DNA of 62,902 nucleotides, filler included, from Globobulimina sp. (taxonomy: Eukaryota), in NCBI GenBank assembly GCA_003354225.1. It is 38 parts of 38 records of this genome, joined end to end, with 100 filler letters (N's around TTAATTAATTAA, not from the genome) between each part and the next. Parts side by side here need not be neighbours in the genome. Positions count along the whole stretch, not along the records: positions 46,433 to 47,989 come from PIVH01014853.1; positions 48,090 to 49,646 come from PIVH01014854.1; positions 49,747 to 51,303 come from PIVH01014855.1; positions 51,404 to 52,960 come from PIVH01014856.1; positions 53,061 to 54,617 come from PIVH01014857.1; positions 54,718 to 56,274 come from PIVH01014858.1; positions 56,375 to 57,931 come from PIVH01014859.1; positions 58,032 to 59,588 come from PIVH01014860.1; 30 more parts are not named here. One strand, given 5' to 3'. Below, in pieces: positions 47,775 through 59,973 of the stretch; position 1 is the stretch's first letter; each line of letters begins with the position of its first letter. Below the pieces are notes generated by a model. The model was given only the letters and a program-made list of their open reading frames with translations. It was not told where the DNA came from and did not search any database. The position numbers and the translations under genes are program-made.

Positions 47775-47989
47775 TTATTTGGTAAAGGTGCAAATAAACT
47801 TTGCAATGTTATTTTTATCCGTTAGACCATATTTAAGTAATTGCATTTTATGCTTTTCATAAAATTTAAATGAGCAAGCGATTAAATCATATCTATTAAA
47901 TCCATTAATAATCAAACTGAGAAAAATTTCTCTATTCCTGGCTATAAGATCATTAAGACGATTGCAAATCCTAAGAAATCGCAGCAACT
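47775..47989 (-). mobile_element. C-terminus (RT thumb) of a Penelope-like retroelement with C-terminal RT (Naiad/Chlamys-like)
   Basis: (Q)LLRFLRICN..D...R....L..NGF....L...FKFY..H...L.KY resembles the PLE thumb consensus (SQLxRYxRxC). The ORF stops with no downstream GIY-YIG domain. Confidence 0.7.
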
Positions 47990-48521
47990 NNNNNNNNNNN
48001 NNNNNNNNNNNNNNNNNNNNNNNNNNNNNNNNNTTAATTAATTAANNNNNNNNNNNNNNNNNNNNNNNNNNNNNNNNNNNNNNNNNNNNGTTTTTCTTTG
48101 TTGTTTTCGTGTGATTGCATTTGCTTTACATTGTACGAATGGTTTGAGCTTAATCTATTTAATTAAATTCATGGATACCATAGTTTTAAATGGTTCTTTC
48201 TCCTAAAAAGTTAATTCATATTTGGCAGTATCATAGTTATTGTTAGTGACATGACGTTACCTCTCCTAGAAACTAACACCAATACAAAATTAAATTATGA
48301 CAACAATTATCTACTTTCCTCATTAGACTATGTCCAACTAACGGTTTTTTGAAACGTTAACTTTTAGTGTTAACTTATCTTTAAGAGGATTGCTTGCCAG
48401 CTGCGTGGATTAATAATTTGTCTTCATAGTATGTCCTCAGCTGTTTCTCTGTCTGGTTTATAATTCATTTGAAAAATAAACCTCCACATAAAAAATCAAT
48501 AATGGTAAATGCAATAAAAAT

Positions 48522-48590
48522 GGTCGCATAGCGCTCAAGCAGAGCATTGGATCAATCCAGAAGATTCAGGTTCAAATCCTGAGGCGACAG
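48522..48590 (+). pseudogene. Degenerate tRNA-like sequence (tRNA pseudogene or SINE head)
   Basis: Perfect T arm TCAGG-TTCAAAT-CCTGA, acceptor core GTCGC/GCGAC and anticodon stem TTGGA/TCCAG, but only a 4-nt anticodon loop. Confidence 0.7.
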
Positions 48591-49410
48591 CGATATCGAT
48601 TTGGATGCAATGCCGCCTATTCAGAAGATTGACATTAATCGAAAGCTATTCAAACAAACATAAAATTTACAATGCATCAATATTTTACAAAATATATTGT
48701 TTATACCTATCCAAACAAAACAAACAGGCACAAGCCGTCATCACTGAAAAAATAAAAAACGCAAACTCAATTTAACCAATAATGCAGTAACTACATTTAA
48801 CTGTTACTTTTTCCGTATTTGTAGTATATTTAGCTTTATCCCATTCATAATCATTATATTTGTTTCCTAATGATTCTTTACAATCTACACCAGGCGCTAC
48901 GCACTCTTTTTTTGCATTGCTTGCATCCCAAACCACCTCTGCCATTCACATGAGAATTTAATCTCGTTGGAAAATGTACACAATTATTATCTGTCGAGCA
49001 TACTAAACATTGGAATTTATATTTTGCGGCATGTCCCATATAATTATCAACGGTAAATGACTCTTCATAACCAACAGTTTCTGCATTTTTCTTCATCAAA
49101 TCTGATAACATTGTATCAATTACTTTTTGTATTGTTTTTCCTACATTTTTTCGCAGAATATCGTCCTGTTTTACTAGATCTATGTGTCGGTATTTTCTCT
49201 AATGAGCAATTTAATCGTCGTTTTTTTTTTTGTTTTATTATTATCCATTTTTCTTTGCGATTTTGTACATATATAATACAGGCAAATAGAAATATGATTT
49301 TATTACAAAATAAATTCCTGAATTATTTGAAATATTTTCATTGAATACAACAATTTTGATGCGATTTCAATTTGAATAATCTCAATTTGAATAATGAATA
49401 GCGGTTCTTA

Positions 49411-49646
49411 TTGCATATATATATATATTATGGTGGCCGCGTGTATTGGTACCAAGAGTTTGCAAACACTGTGACGAGCTATATGTATTACGATGCGACC
49501 TGGAGATATTGGGTCATCCATTCACAATTTACATCCGATGAAACGCAATTTGATTTACGATGTCTTCATTGGGATGAATTTGAGCCATTTAATTGCAATG
49601 AATGGTATACTATCGACGGCAGTGTGGTTACTATGGATCGACAATG
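49411..49646 (+). CDS. Exon fragment of an extracellular repeat-domain protein
   Basis: YMYYDATWRYWVI..C..PFNCNEWY resembles YLYFDAFFGYWQI..C..PIDCNKWY in the 54867-56274 gene. Confidence 0.45.
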
Positions 49647-50299
49647 NNNNNNNNNNNNNNNNNNNNNNNNNNNNNNNNNNNNNNNNNNNNTTAATTAATT
49701 AANNNNNNNNNNNNNNNNNNNNNNNNNNNNNNNNNNNNNNNNNNNNTATGGATATTCAATAATTAAAGATATATATTTAAGTAAAGAGAATAGTATCAAG
49801 TTCAAGGTAATTAAACAATTATTTCCAATATTAACTTGTATTTATATTCAACGTATTGATAAAATTGAAAATAAGAGGAATGGCTATCAAACAATTGCAT
49901 CAATATTAATAACAGATGGGTTTTTATTGCAAATATTATCGTGTTTATCAAATAAAAATAATACATGGAAATGGATTGATATTTGGAATCCAAAAAATAG
50001 TATGAAATCATTAAATAAATTAATAAATAAACATTCAATCAAATATGCTAAATATAATTATCAATTAGATATTGAACAAAATAATCATCCTCGATATGGT
50101 CAATTTTATTCTTTTTGTGTGAATCCATCATCGGATACCAGCATAAACTTTTGAACTTTTGTTTCTATCGAGTGCAATTGAGTGATTTTTACTAATTATT
50201 CAGCTTTTTTTTTCAAACTAACTTCTATTTTCATCTCGATCATCCTTGCGTTAATTAAATAGCAATCGTACTTTTTTCATTTGAAAAGAAGACCTTCAA

Positions 50300-51303
50300 A
50301 TGTCACGTAAAAAAAGGGTTGAGGAGATATATCAGAAAAAGGTATTACATTTACAATCCACAAGAAAAAAACACAAACCATAAACAATAAAGAGTCCTCG
50401 CGAACATGTTCTATTACGACCCGATACGTACGTCGGTTCCATAGAACGTGATACCGAGAAAGTATTCGTGATGAACGAAGAAAAGGGCTGCATGGAAGAG
50501 CAAGAAATTGAATACGTCCCCGCTTTGTATAAAATCTTCGACGAAATCCTAGTCAACGCCGCCGATAACCGCCAACGGGACGGCTCCATGAAAGAAATTA
50601 AGGTGAAAATCGACGCCGAAAATGGATTTATCAGCGTTAGAAACGACGGCAAAGGAATCCCAATCGAAATGCACAAAGAGCACAACATGTACATTCCCCA
50701 ACTGATATTCGGTAATTTATTGACGTCCTCCAATTACAACGACGCCGACTTGAAAACCGTGGGAGGCCGCAACGGTTTCGGTGCCAAATTGGCCAACATA
50801 TTCAGCAAGAAATTCACGGTGGAAACCGTGGATACGGAGAATGGCAAAAAATATAAGCAAACGTGGACCAACAATATGTCCAAGATACAAGAGCCTCAAA
50901 TCAGTTCCTTGCAAAGTAAGCGCTCTCGCGATTACACAAAAATCACCTTTTACCCCGATTTTGCCCGGTTTGGCATGGAGTCGTTTCGCGGCGAAGGTAT
51001 CCTAAAATTATTTGTAAAACGAGTGTACGACATCGCTGGCACCACGCCCTCCGATTTGAAAGTGTATTATAATGGCATCCAATTAAAAGTGAAATCTTTT
51101 ATAGAATACGCCAAATTATTCATCGGTCCGTCTGCGAAGTCAAAAACCGATTATTTTCACGCCAAAGTCAACGATAACTGGGAAATCATACTCTCTCTGT
51201 CCAAGGACCACGAATACCGTCAGATGACGCACGTGAACAACATCTGGACCATCAAAGGTGGCTCACACGTCAAATACATCGAAAATCAGTTCATCAATTA
51301 TTT
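50300..51303 (+). CDS. TOP2: DNA topoisomerase II (3' partial); intron 50342-50392
   Basis: MSRKKRVEEIYQKK/SPREHVLLRPDTYVGS, KIFDEILVNAADN, FGNLLTSSNY and GGRNGFGAKLANIFS. Confidence 0.95.
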
Positions 51304-51453
51304 NNNNNNNNNNNNNNNNNNNNNNNNNNNNNNNNNNNNNNNNNNNNTTAATTAATTAANNNNNNNNNNNNNNNNNNNNNNNNNNNNNNNNNNNNNNNNN
51401 NNNGTAAATTTGAAACAGAGACAATAAATGACAGTAAACAACAATATATTGAC

Positions 51454-52960
51454 TTGAATGAAGTGGAAATAAAAGCAATCGATGACATTCCAGACACAGA
51501 GTATACGGTGAAAGCTGATGCATATTTTCGGTATGAACTATGGTATGAAGCTCAAATATTATACTCCGAGGCAATACGCAAAGCCATTCAGGAAAGAAAT
51601 GATAAAGAAAAACATTTGAATCATGAATCCGATGTATCCGATGTAGGCGAACTGGATAAAGAGATGGAAAAATTGAAATCGTTGCATGAGGTAACCAGTT
51701 TAATAGATTTCTGGGAGGACGACGAGGAGGACAATAAAGCGGAGGATAAAGATTTTATGGACGACAGGAAAGAGAATGATGATATGTATAAGTTACATTG
51801 TCATCGATCTGAATGTTATCGGCGATTAAATAAATATGAACAGGCTGTGAACGATACAAAGGTATGGATGGATATGGTATTTGATGACGATGCGTTTTCC
51901 TTTGTGGCCGGCTGTGTGATTGCAAGCAGTATTTATATTGATTTGAAACGATTTGTCAAAGCAAAGCTGTGTATTGAGAGAGGATTAGATTTGGATGGAA
52001 ATAATAAATTATTGCTACAGAGGTTATTGATGGTGGACAGAGAAATTATTAAAGAATTACGACAATTGAGTTTGGAGTTTGACCGAAAGCATTTAGAATG
52101 GCAGGAAACTGAAGAAAAATATGATCCTCGTTCGGTGTTCATTATGTTAAGAAATAAGTATTCGTGGAAAGATATTTATTGTGACTGGAATGACTCTGTG
52201 AATAATGGAGGCGCGACAACAAAACAATTGTTTAATGAATCAGCAGATGTTGTTGGTGCACCAGATGATATTTCACAAAATAAATGTGTACAGAGGTTAA
52301 TATTTGTGATGAGAGTGTATGGGAAATGGTGTCGGAAACGAGCAGGGAAACAATCAATGTATGACATATTAAGTGTGTTAAATGGATATTCGTTGCATCA
52401 ATTGTTAAATGACTGTATTCATATTCGCGAGGTATATGACGATGTTAGCTATTTGAAGTCGGCCATTGATGATTGTTTCCCTGCAAAAGTTGTAAAGGCA
52501 ATCAATGAAAGACAGTTTAGAGATAAATGTGTGAGTGATTGTGATAAACAGTTGAGAGAGAAATTGTATTTTGGATATAATGAGTGTACGAATATTGTTA
52601 CATTACAAATATTAGATTCTATTTATTCATTCATCTGTTATGCAAAAGATATGAAAGTTAAAGTCGATGATAGCAAATATATTACAAATATATCAGCAGA
52701 AAACAAGAAATTAGCATCAATTAATATTGGTTATACAGATAAGAATATTAATAGAAAAAGAAAATATAAAACGCTCAAACAAGAGTTATTTGAGAATAAA
52801 GTGTGTAAAGTAAATGAATTTGAATGGAATGATACTTTATATAAAGCTACAATGTTTAAAAAAACATATAAAGTAAGAAATAAAAATTGGAACAAACCAA
52901 TAGCATTGACACATTTATTTGTATTATTACTATATACCAATAATAACATCTTATGTCAAA
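51454..52960 (+). CDS. TPR-containing hypothetical protein (partial)
   Basis: ADAYF..YSEAI and HRSECYRRLNKYEQA TPR-like helices; 500-aa ORF. Confidence 0.65.
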
Positions 52961-53183
52961 NNNNNNNNNNNNNNNNNNNNNNNNNNNNNNNNNNNNNNNN
53001 NNNNTTAATTAATTAANNNNNNNNNNNNNNNNNNNNNNNNNNNNNNNNNNNNNNNNNNNNGCTTACTTTGAGATTATGATAAAGTCAATCTATCGTTTAA
53101 CAGTACGCCAGGAAGAAAATAAACCCTTTAAATAAAAACTGAAAGAATAGTAAAAAAATAAAAAAATAAAACAAAACATGGAA

Positions 53184-54338
53184 TCAAATCAAAGTAATAT
53201 TGAGCTCCTTTTCTAACTTCCAAATATCGGCATTTTGAGGGATATATTTAATCCATAAACGAGTTAAAGGCGCGTTTGACTCAATCCATGGTTTGCAAGT
53301 TCCAGCCCAATGAATAATACTAGCTTCAGCAAATTTCCTTTTATCTGTCAATGATTTAAATATTTTTGGTGCACATGTCTTTACATAATCCTTCACCACA
53401 AAATTCCAATTTTTATCCAACTCTCCAATTTGCAAATTATTTATAATAAATAACATGTTTATCACAGGCTGCGTCACTCCACGCCAAGGCCTGTCATGCC
53501 ACTTCTTTTTGAATATCGTATCAAATTTAAACAATTCAAGACTTTGTTGTGTGAGCTGATATTCTCTCCATACATCCAAATCAAACATTAATATTCCACC
53601 GTTAAACATTGCTCCAATATTTGCTAAATTTATTGGTTGCGATGACACGGATTCATACATTTTATGCAAATCATTGTTTATATACTTATTTATAAACCTT
53701 ACTTTATCAGAATCTGCAAAAGATTTTCTTGTAATTCGCATTCCATCGCGATTCATAACACTCCATACTTTATAATTATGTGTATTATAATATTTGTCAT
53801 ATAATTTGGAAACACTGTCTTGAGCAACCATGTCGACATCAAAATAAATGCCAACTGATACGTGTTTGAAAATATTTGGTAAGCAAAAGCGCGCAAAATT
53901 CATTGGATGATTCAATAGTTTTTTGTAGATATGTGCCGATGCGATGTTATTATATTCGACACATTCTGGGTGCTCATCGATGATTGATTTAAATTCAAAA
54001 CTAATTCGATCCAAATATTCACTGAAATATTGTACGAATTCTTTATGAAATAATGGCACATTTTGCAATACTAAAATATGAAAATACAGTCGATCAATAT
54101 ACATCTCGTTAATAATAATGGAATTAATCAATGTGTACATTGCTAACCTGTCCTCTTCATCGGAACATAATAGTATATGGAGGTTATGCTGCGTTTCACT
54201 GATCACTTGCTGTGGTATAGTCATATCAGATGGACCTATTGGTAACATCGAGGTATACCGATATTGAATGATGACCACAATAATACACAGATTTATTAGG
54301 AAGGCCAACGAGCATTGTTTCTGTGTTAGGAGCACCAT
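53184..54338 (-). CDS. Glycosyltransferase family 8 protein
   Basis: N-terminal TM, NFARFCLP, IYFDVD, FNGGILMFDL, TQPVIN and IIHWAG..KPW. Confidence 0.92.
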   Translation of the reverse strand: MVLLTQKQCSLAFLINLCIIVVIIQYRYTSMLPIGPSDMTIPQQVISETQHNLHILLCSDEEDRLAMYTLINSIIINEMYIDRLYFHILVLQNVPLFHKEFVQYFSEYLDRISFEFKSIIDEHPECVEYNNIASAHIYKKLLNHPMNFARFCLPNIFKHVSVGIYFDVDMVAQDSVSKLYDKYYNTHNYKVWSVMNRDGMRITRKSFADSDKVRFINKYINNDLHKMYESVSSQPINLANIGAMFNGGILMFDLDVWREYQLTQQSLELFKFDTIFKKKWHDRPWRGVTQPVINMLFIINNLQIGELDKNWNFVVKDYVKTCAPKIFKSLTDKRKFAEASIIHWAGTCKPWIESNAPLTRLWIKYIPQNADIWKLEKELNITLI

Positions 54339-54866
54339 TATAGTGCAGTTTTTTTTTATATATATCTTAATTTAAAGCTTAATCGTTTTTTTCATTTCTC
54401 AATCCGTTTTTGCATACGGCAATTGCAATTGTTTGTAAATTTCAGAAAAATATAGTTATAAGTAAATATAATCTATATACGAAACACAAAAGTTACATTT
54501 TTGAGTCAATTACATCATATTTTTCAAGATACTTCTTGAAATTTTGCCATATTCCAACATTGATATCTAACTGTTTTAAAGTGGATTTTAGGTGAATTTT
54601 ATAAGGTTTATACAACANNNNNNNNNNNNNNNNNNNNNNNNNNNNNNNNNNNNNNNNNNNNTTAATTAATTAANNNNNNNNNNNNNNNNNNNNNNNNNNN
54701 NNNNNNNNNNNNNNNNNTTTTGATATTATAAGTTTCAGGAAAATGAGAAACAATGCCTAACACTAATTAACCCTTAAATCATGAAACAAAAATAGATAAA
54801 TGAAGTATATTTAATACAATATTAAGATTACCAATAAACACACAACAATAAATCACATAAAAAACA

Positions 54867-56274
54867 TTAAAATTCTGTCCATTCCGGAGGTTTATCATCC
54901 TCACTATTATCCTCATCCACTATCGGCACAATATCATCAGTTAAATTTATCACATTCTCATCATTATTTTCAACCACCTCCTTACCACCGCTCTCATTCG
55001 TATTACTATCCAAACATTCTTTACTTTCATCTTTTTTCTTCAACTCATCCAAGGTTTTATCACTCATAACATCCATTACAAACTTTGACTCATTCTGCGA
55101 ATGTCTTGAATATCTCCGCGAGGCCGATGCTGGATCGCTGACCAATGCCTTGGTCCATTCATCCAAATCAGACTGCATAGCCACAATCATTTGTTGCGAC
55201 ATTCTCCGCGGATCAATCCCTTGCTCATCTTCCTGTTTCTTCTCCTCATCATCTTCAATCTGTGACTCGTCCTCCAACTCCTCACTGATTGTAGCCGTAT
55301 CGCTACGCTTTGTATTTATAATCAGTTTCGAATTGCTATCAACATCCAATAAATCGTTATCCGGCAATGAGTCTTCCGGTGTTCTCGGCGTTTCTTCTGC
55401 ATTTATCATAGTAAACGCCGCCTTTTGTAGCCCTTGCACAGCATTTAAGGTCAACGCAGCGCCGGAATCTGTCCTTATGGCATGACCCGAAACACTGCTA
55501 TTTCTATCGTCTGTATTTGCATTAGTTTCTACGACTTGTTTGCTTGAGATAGCGTTTTTGTTATAGAACCAGTATAAAACAGCCATGCAACAAAGAAGGA
55601 ATACAATGACACATATAATGCCAGCAATTTCGCCGGGATTTAGGGCTTTCGATTCAGATAATCGGAGAATATCATTTTCGGTGCATTCATATAAATACAT
55701 ATTGTCCATAGAGGTTAGATATATATCATACCATTTATTGCAATCAATGGGTAAATAATCCGCCCCGCCTTGGAAGCAGACCAATACTGAGCCTTTATCG
55801 ACGTGTAAACCATCCCCGATTTGCCAATATCCGAAAAATGCATCAAAATATAAGTATATTTGGGAATGCCGCCAGTTGTTATTTTTTGGTTTAATCCAAT
55901 GTGGATATCCATTACTTTACACAGTGGTGACATGTCTCACACTAAAAAGCATTTCATGAAAAAACTTTGCCTTACAACATTTGCAACATGTCGCCACTAC
56001 GTACTCATGCAAACCTACCTTAAACTTGTAGCTGTCGTGTTTATTTCATACGCACCGATAAATAACGCATCTTGTAACCTGGCACTATCACTGCCAACAC
56101 TCTGATTCACAAAAGCCACGCAAATATAATCCGGCCACACGTACTCTTCCGGTGCCGGAGCCTCATCGCAATCACCAGCTTGCACTTTAAAACTGTCATC
56201 AAAATGAAACGCATTTATAAAATAAAACTTCCATTTCGCAGCGCAATGGGCCGGACTATTGGTGGCCGACTCGC
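54867..56274 (-). CDS. Single-pass membrane protein with acidic cytoplasmic tail (5' partial); intron 55915-56018
   Basis: A GTAGGT..TAAAG intron gives a continuous frame (TSLS/NGYPHW). TM segment GIICVIVFLLCCMAVLYWF. Confidence 0.7.
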
Positions 56275-56374
56275 NNNNNNNNNNNNNNNNNNNNNNNNNN
56301 NNNNNNNNNNNNNNNNNNTTAATTAATTAANNNNNNNNNNNNNNNNNNNNNNNNNNNNNNNNNNNNNNNNNNNN

Positions 56375-57931
56375 GAGAAAAAATATAACGCAAATATTTG
56401 TTTACCATATCATTTCAACTAGTGTAAAAGTGTAAAAATTAGTTCTTTATTTAAATTGTTATACATTCAGGGTTGGGTTTTTCCAAATGCTCTTCAACTA
56501 GTTTTTCTTTCGAAAACTTTGTCTGAAAGAAAGAGTTACTAAATATAATTAAATAAAACACGCCCAAATAACAATTCAAGAAGTACAAAGTAAACTGTTT
56601 GCATTTTTGTCAATAGTCATATTACAATATGAAGGACATGATATGTTGGAATTATGATTTTGATGATTATTTTTCCATTCGATTTGTATGGTTGAATGAT
56701 AAATATTGAATTTCTGACTTAACATATTTTGTGCTGTCCGTAATATAGAATCAGAACAAGCAGTAATTATTGCATCATCACAATCTAATGTTGACGATTG
56801 AAGTACTAAATGAACAGACAATACTGGTCTATTTACGGATATATCCCAAATATGCAAATCATGTATTTCTGCAACATCTGTTAACTTATTTAATTCCGAT
56901 CTTATATCATTATAATTTATATGCAATGGCACTGATTCCATTAAAACTGATAATATATCACGCAATAATTTAACTGTTGTAAACATAACAATGACTGAAA
57001 ATATTAAAGTGCAAATCGGATCAAATATGCGATATCGTTTATTGTCATACCATATTAATGCCGCAGCTATCAACACACCAATGGATTGCAATAAGTCACC
57101 CAATGCATGAATAAATGCAGAACGTACATTAATATTAACATTGTCATTCTCAGTTATTGACATTTCATAATCTGAATGATCTGAATCGGAATTATGTTGT
57201 TGGTGATGGTGTTGGTGATGTTGTTGGTGTAATATCTTAGACATTACAATATTAACAAGGATACCAACACAAGCAATACCAAACATGATTTTGCCATTTA
57301 CAGTCTGTGGATGGAATATGCGATCAATCGCTTCATAAACTAACCAAACGGTTAACAACCAAATCAAGAATACACTGAAAAGTGCGCCAATAATCTCTGC
57401 TCTGTGATATCCGAATGTTAATGTATTTGTTGCTTTTTTTGAAGAAATCCAGAAAGAAATTATTGAAATCATAATTCCACCACAATCTGACAATAAATGC
57501 AATGCATCAGACATTAATGCAATAGAATGGGCCATATAGCCACCAATTAATTCAACGCACATAAATATCAAACAAAATATTAATGCAGAAAATAATTTAT
57601 TTCTGGCTTTTTGTCTCATCACAATATTTTGCTGAGTTTTCTTTTCAAAATAACAACCAAATTCACATTGATATCTTGTCACATTATCTGACTGTGATAC
57701 TGATACACATAGATCATCACTTGAACATAGAGTTGAATTATCATTTGATATCAATTGCTCATATTTTGAATTGTGTGTTGATACTGATACATCACAGTCT
57801 TGTGTTGTACTCGAGAAAAAATATAACGCAAATATTTGTTTACCATATCATTTCAACTAGTGTAAAAGTGTAAAAATTAGTTCTTTATTTAAATTGTTAT
57901 ACATTCAGGGTTGGGTTTTTCCAAATGCTCT
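56375..57931. repeat. Exact 119-bp terminal direct repeat (56375-56493 = 57813-57931): circular or tandem 1438-bp unit
   Basis: Both contig ends read GAGAAAAAATATAACGC...CCAAATGCTCT. Confidence 0.95.
56576..57754 (-). CDS. Cation diffusion facilitator zinc transporter (SLC30/ZnT2-like)
   Basis: SDALHLLSD, FGYHRAEIIGA, His-rich loop, HALGDLLQS and HDLHIW. Confidence 0.95.
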   Translation of the reverse strand: MISNDNSTLCSSDDLCVSVSQSDNVTRYQCEFGCYFEKKTQQNIVMRQKARNKLFSALIFCLIFMCVELIGGYMAHSIALMSDALHLLSDCGGIMISIISFWISSKKATNTLTFGYHRAEIIGALFSVFLIWLLTVWLVYEAIDRIFHPQTVNGKIMFGIACVGILVNIVMSKILHQQHHQHHHQQHNSDSDHSDYEMSITENDNVNINVRSAFIHALGDLLQSIGVLIAAALIWYDNKRYRIFDPICTLIFSVIVMFTTVKLLRDILSVLMESVPLHINYNDIRSELNKLTDVAEIHDLHIWDISVNRPVLSVHLVLQSSTLDCDDAIITACSDSILRTAQNMLSQKFNIYHSTIQIEWKNNHQNHNSNISCPSYCNMTIDKNANSLLCTS

Positions 57932-58032
57932 NNNNNNNNNNNNNNNNNNNNNNNNNNNNNNNNNNNNNNNNNNNNTTAATTAATTAANNNNNNNNNNNNN
58001 NNNNNNNNNNNNNNNNNNNNNNNNNNNNNNNC

Positions 58033-58164
58033 GGCGGGCTCGGCATCGTCTGGTTCGCCGGATGGTTGTTCACACTGGGCTATCTTGATCTGTCATTTTG
58101 GCGTGGCCTTTTGGCGATTGTATTCTGGCCCTATTATCTCGGCGTCGATATCGCCGCTGGATAA
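58033..58164 (+). CDS. GC-rich small bacterial membrane protein C-terminus
   Basis: GGLGIVWFAGWLFTLGYL..FWRGLLAIVFWPYYLG..*; composition differs sharply from the rest of the contig. Confidence 0.6.
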   Translation, partial: GGLGIVWFAGWLFTLGYLDLSFWRGLLAIVFWPYYLGVDIAAG

Positions 58165-58194
58165 CGTCGGCCCAATATCCGCGCTGTAACCAAG

Positions 58195-59048
58195 TTTGGC
58201 TCTAAACCTTTTCCACGGGCGAGAGCCATCATTAACAATATTTCAGCCATCAAATCAATTGTTTCCTCATTATATTTGAGTTTGATACAACAATATCGAT
58301 CTAAATGTTCAAATGCAATCTTTGTTTGTTGCGTCACATGTTTGCTTTTACCAAACTGCAAATCATATAATATAATATGTGTCAGATAATATCCATACAT
58401 TAAATGGTTTAATTTCCTCCGGAGAGCTGGTACATTGTGCAACAAATTGTGATATCTATTATAATCACAGAATGTTAATATTCGGATGTAAACGTACATA
58501 GTAACTGCGTCATTTGCGTGCATTATCCGTTTTATGTTGTCACCAGAAATGAACTGGTCAATTATTTGGGTCTTTGGTTTATATTTATCGCCAAAACCAA
58601 GTAGTTTTGTGAAATACCAATAATCCAAAATCGGTTGTAAATCAATCAAAAAAAGTGGCATGTCTGACGGTAATTTATTGATTTTGTTGATTGTTGAATT
58701 GAGATGTAATTGCAGTTGCTTTCTATGGTAAATATCAGGAGCTCCATGCTTTAGAATAAATAAAGTGATCAATTGATTTGAATATACCTCGTTGGTAATT
58801 TCTTTTGGGTTCAGAAACTTTTCTAAATATTCATCAAATTCCGCATTCAATGGTGATTTGTTGGCCATGGCCATGGTATCAACAGGTGATGGCACTGGAA
58901 TATTGGAAACGGATTCGAATGAACCAGAATGATGGTGATTTAAGTTCTCACTGTTAAATAAATACAACGCAGATAGTAAAACAATTGATATTAGGCTTAA
59001 CACCACAATCAACAGTAATCTGTGTATCAGATCTTTATTGCTTTTCAT
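58195..59048 (-). CDS. Type II membrane protein, DUF3541-like; 3' end replaced by bacterial sequence
   Basis: N-terminal TM; YYLTHIILYD..IDLMAEI motif. Confidence 0.5.
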
Positions 59049-59219
59049 GTTTCTTTAATCAGTATATACTGCATATTTTTGTATGACATAATCACCTTAA
59101 ATATTATGAGTACTTGGAGATTATCGGCCGGGTCAATTCTTCTCGTATACTTTGTAATAAACTAGTTTTTTTTATTTAAGAAGTGCGCTCTTTATCATTG
59201 TGACTGCAAGCAAGTATAA

Positions 59220-59588
59220 ATGCGGCTGCTCGTCACTTTATGTTTATGGTTATTTTATGTGAATGCAGGACAAGAGGACGTTCAAACAGTAGAAGTTGAT
59301 AGCAGCGGACAACAATCTGACGATCCAAATGCATTGACTGTAATATTTGAAAATCAATCCGGTGGAACTGTGGAATTGTGGTCAGATAATGCTACCACAG
59401 TTTCATTTAAAGCTAAATTGGAGAATACAGATAAAATCACCAGAAAAGCAACAATTGGACAGAATTTTTATTTTACTGTGCCAAATAGCGGTGGGTCTAA
59501 AGAGCGTGTTTTGTATCAAAAAATAATGAAAAAATTAACCAAAAAAGTGGTATTATTTGATAGGAAAAAAATGAAAACAGTCGAACAA
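59220..59588 (+). CDS. Secreted protein with VHL-beta-like segment (3' partial)
   Basis: Signal peptide, then VIFENQSGGTVELW..GQNFYF. Confidence 0.5.
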
Positions 59589-59688
59589 NNNNNNNNNNNN
59601 NNNNNNNNNNNNNNNNNNNNNNNNNNNNNNNNTTAATTAATTAANNNNNNNNNNNNNNNNNNNNNNNNNNNNNNNNNNNNNNNNNNNN

Positions 59689-59969
59689 TCAAGATATTTT
59701 AATTTATCTTTAATAACGATTCTATGTGATTCTAGAACTCGCCTATGTGCGGCTACCAGATTGGTGTAAAGTGCTTGGGTATCGTTATTATATGATTGTG
59801 ATATATTTTCGGTTAGGTCTTTCACGTCTTCATGTTCGAAAATGTCATTATATTTGAAATAGAAAGAAACGTCAGCTATATACTCAAGTTCATTAAATTT
59901 ATCCATTTCACCTAGTTTTCGATATAGAAAGTTAATTTGATTGTATAGTTGTTCTTTTTTAGTTTTCAT
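59689..59969 (-). CDS. Phage-like hypothetical protein (3' partial)
   Basis: Last of five tightly packed co-oriented short ORFs; AAGGA upstream. Confidence 0.65.
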
Positions 59970-59973
59970 TGTA

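Noticed and set aside
48522-48590. Selenocysteine or opal-suppressor tRNA (TCA in the loop)
   Set aside because: Loop is only 4 nt, no long variable arm, acceptor stem imperfect.
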